From positions 1 through 64,000 of the forward strand of contig JALJEE010003089.1 in assembly GCA_023231475.1 (NCBI GenBank): DNA of 64,000 bases, read 5' to 3'. The DNA comes from Seison nebaliae (taxonomy: Eukaryota). The position numbers and the translations under genes are program-made. Within the stretch, counting starts at the first letter, position 1. Each line of letters starts with the position of its first letter. Shown in pieces: positions 63,629 through 64,000 of the stretch. The notes beneath the pieces were generated by a model, which ran no database searches, was not told the DNA's origin, and saw nothing but the letters and a program-made list of their open reading frames with translations.

Positions 63629-64000
63629 ATGAATAATACTTCACATGAACCGCGACGGAGTCGGATCGTCATTCATGATAAGGAGAAAGAATACAATAAA
63701 CGTTTCGATCATTTCCTCACTAATTTTACGAAACTCCTCGAATCTCAGTTACCATATAACGGAGGAAATAAGAAAAATAAGAATTGTTTCGCTACGTCGG
63801 AATTAGAAGAAAAACTTAAAAATATTCAACGTGATGTCCATTTTGTATCGACTCTTCCACCCGATCAATACTTTAATTATTTCTTTTCCATCGTTCAACA
63901 AGTGGGACCATGTTGCGGTGTAGCGGCTATCATGACTTGTCTCTCCGCTATCAATCGATTGATTAATCGGAATGACCAAATTGTCAATGAGAGTTTTGGA
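63629..64000 (+). CDS. Probable actin maturation protease (ACTMAP/C19orf54-like cysteine protease), truncated by the window end
   Basis: Open frame from the ATG at 63629 to the window edge, absent from the ORF track because it has no stop. SIVQQVGPCCGVAAI resembles the ACTMAP catalytic motif LIQEGPQCGLVAL. Confidence 0.55.
   Translation, partial: MNNTSHEPRRSRIVIHDKEKEYNKRFDHFLTNFTKLLESQLPYNGGNKKNKNCFATSELEEKLKNIQRDVHFVSTLPPDQYFNYFFSIVQQVGPCCGVAAIMTCLSAINRLINRNDQIVNESFG

Noticed and set aside
63702..63748. Apparent GTT...CAG intron in the last gene
   Set aside because: The frame from ATG 63629 is open without it, so it was not counted among the 23 introns.

Overview
AT-rich, gene-dense eukaryotic DNA from an invertebrate animal (plexin, DEG/ENaC channel, ciliary CCDC42/CFAP73-type gene); the species cannot be determined from the sequence. 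Recognisable genes, left to right: Rab1, two tandem paralogous 4-TM orphan genes, mitochondrial ClpX, mitochondrial Ile-tRNA synthetase, DEG/ENaC, CCDC42/CFAP73-like, neurobeachin-like BEACH protein, short RPAP2/Rtr1-like protein, eIF2B-epsilon, plexin, ABHD1/2/3-type hydrolase and a truncated ACTMAP-like protease, plus two unassigned ORFs. Decayed LINE and Ty3/gypsy fragments are present. Two things stand out. (1) All 23 introns I could reconstruct by reading-frame continuity start GTT (mostly A|GTT) rather than the usual G|GTRAG, which suggests an altered 5' splice-site recognition system. (2) Several intergenic GC-enriched islands fold on the + strand into dense multi-hairpin, pseudoknot-compatible structures. 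Two of them (about 58.0 and 60.0 kb) share TATA and leader motifs and a similarly spaced closing helix, consistent with an undescribed family of structured ncRNAs or non-autonomous retroelement RNAs. Gene models and folds were derived by eye; nothing was computed or searched.
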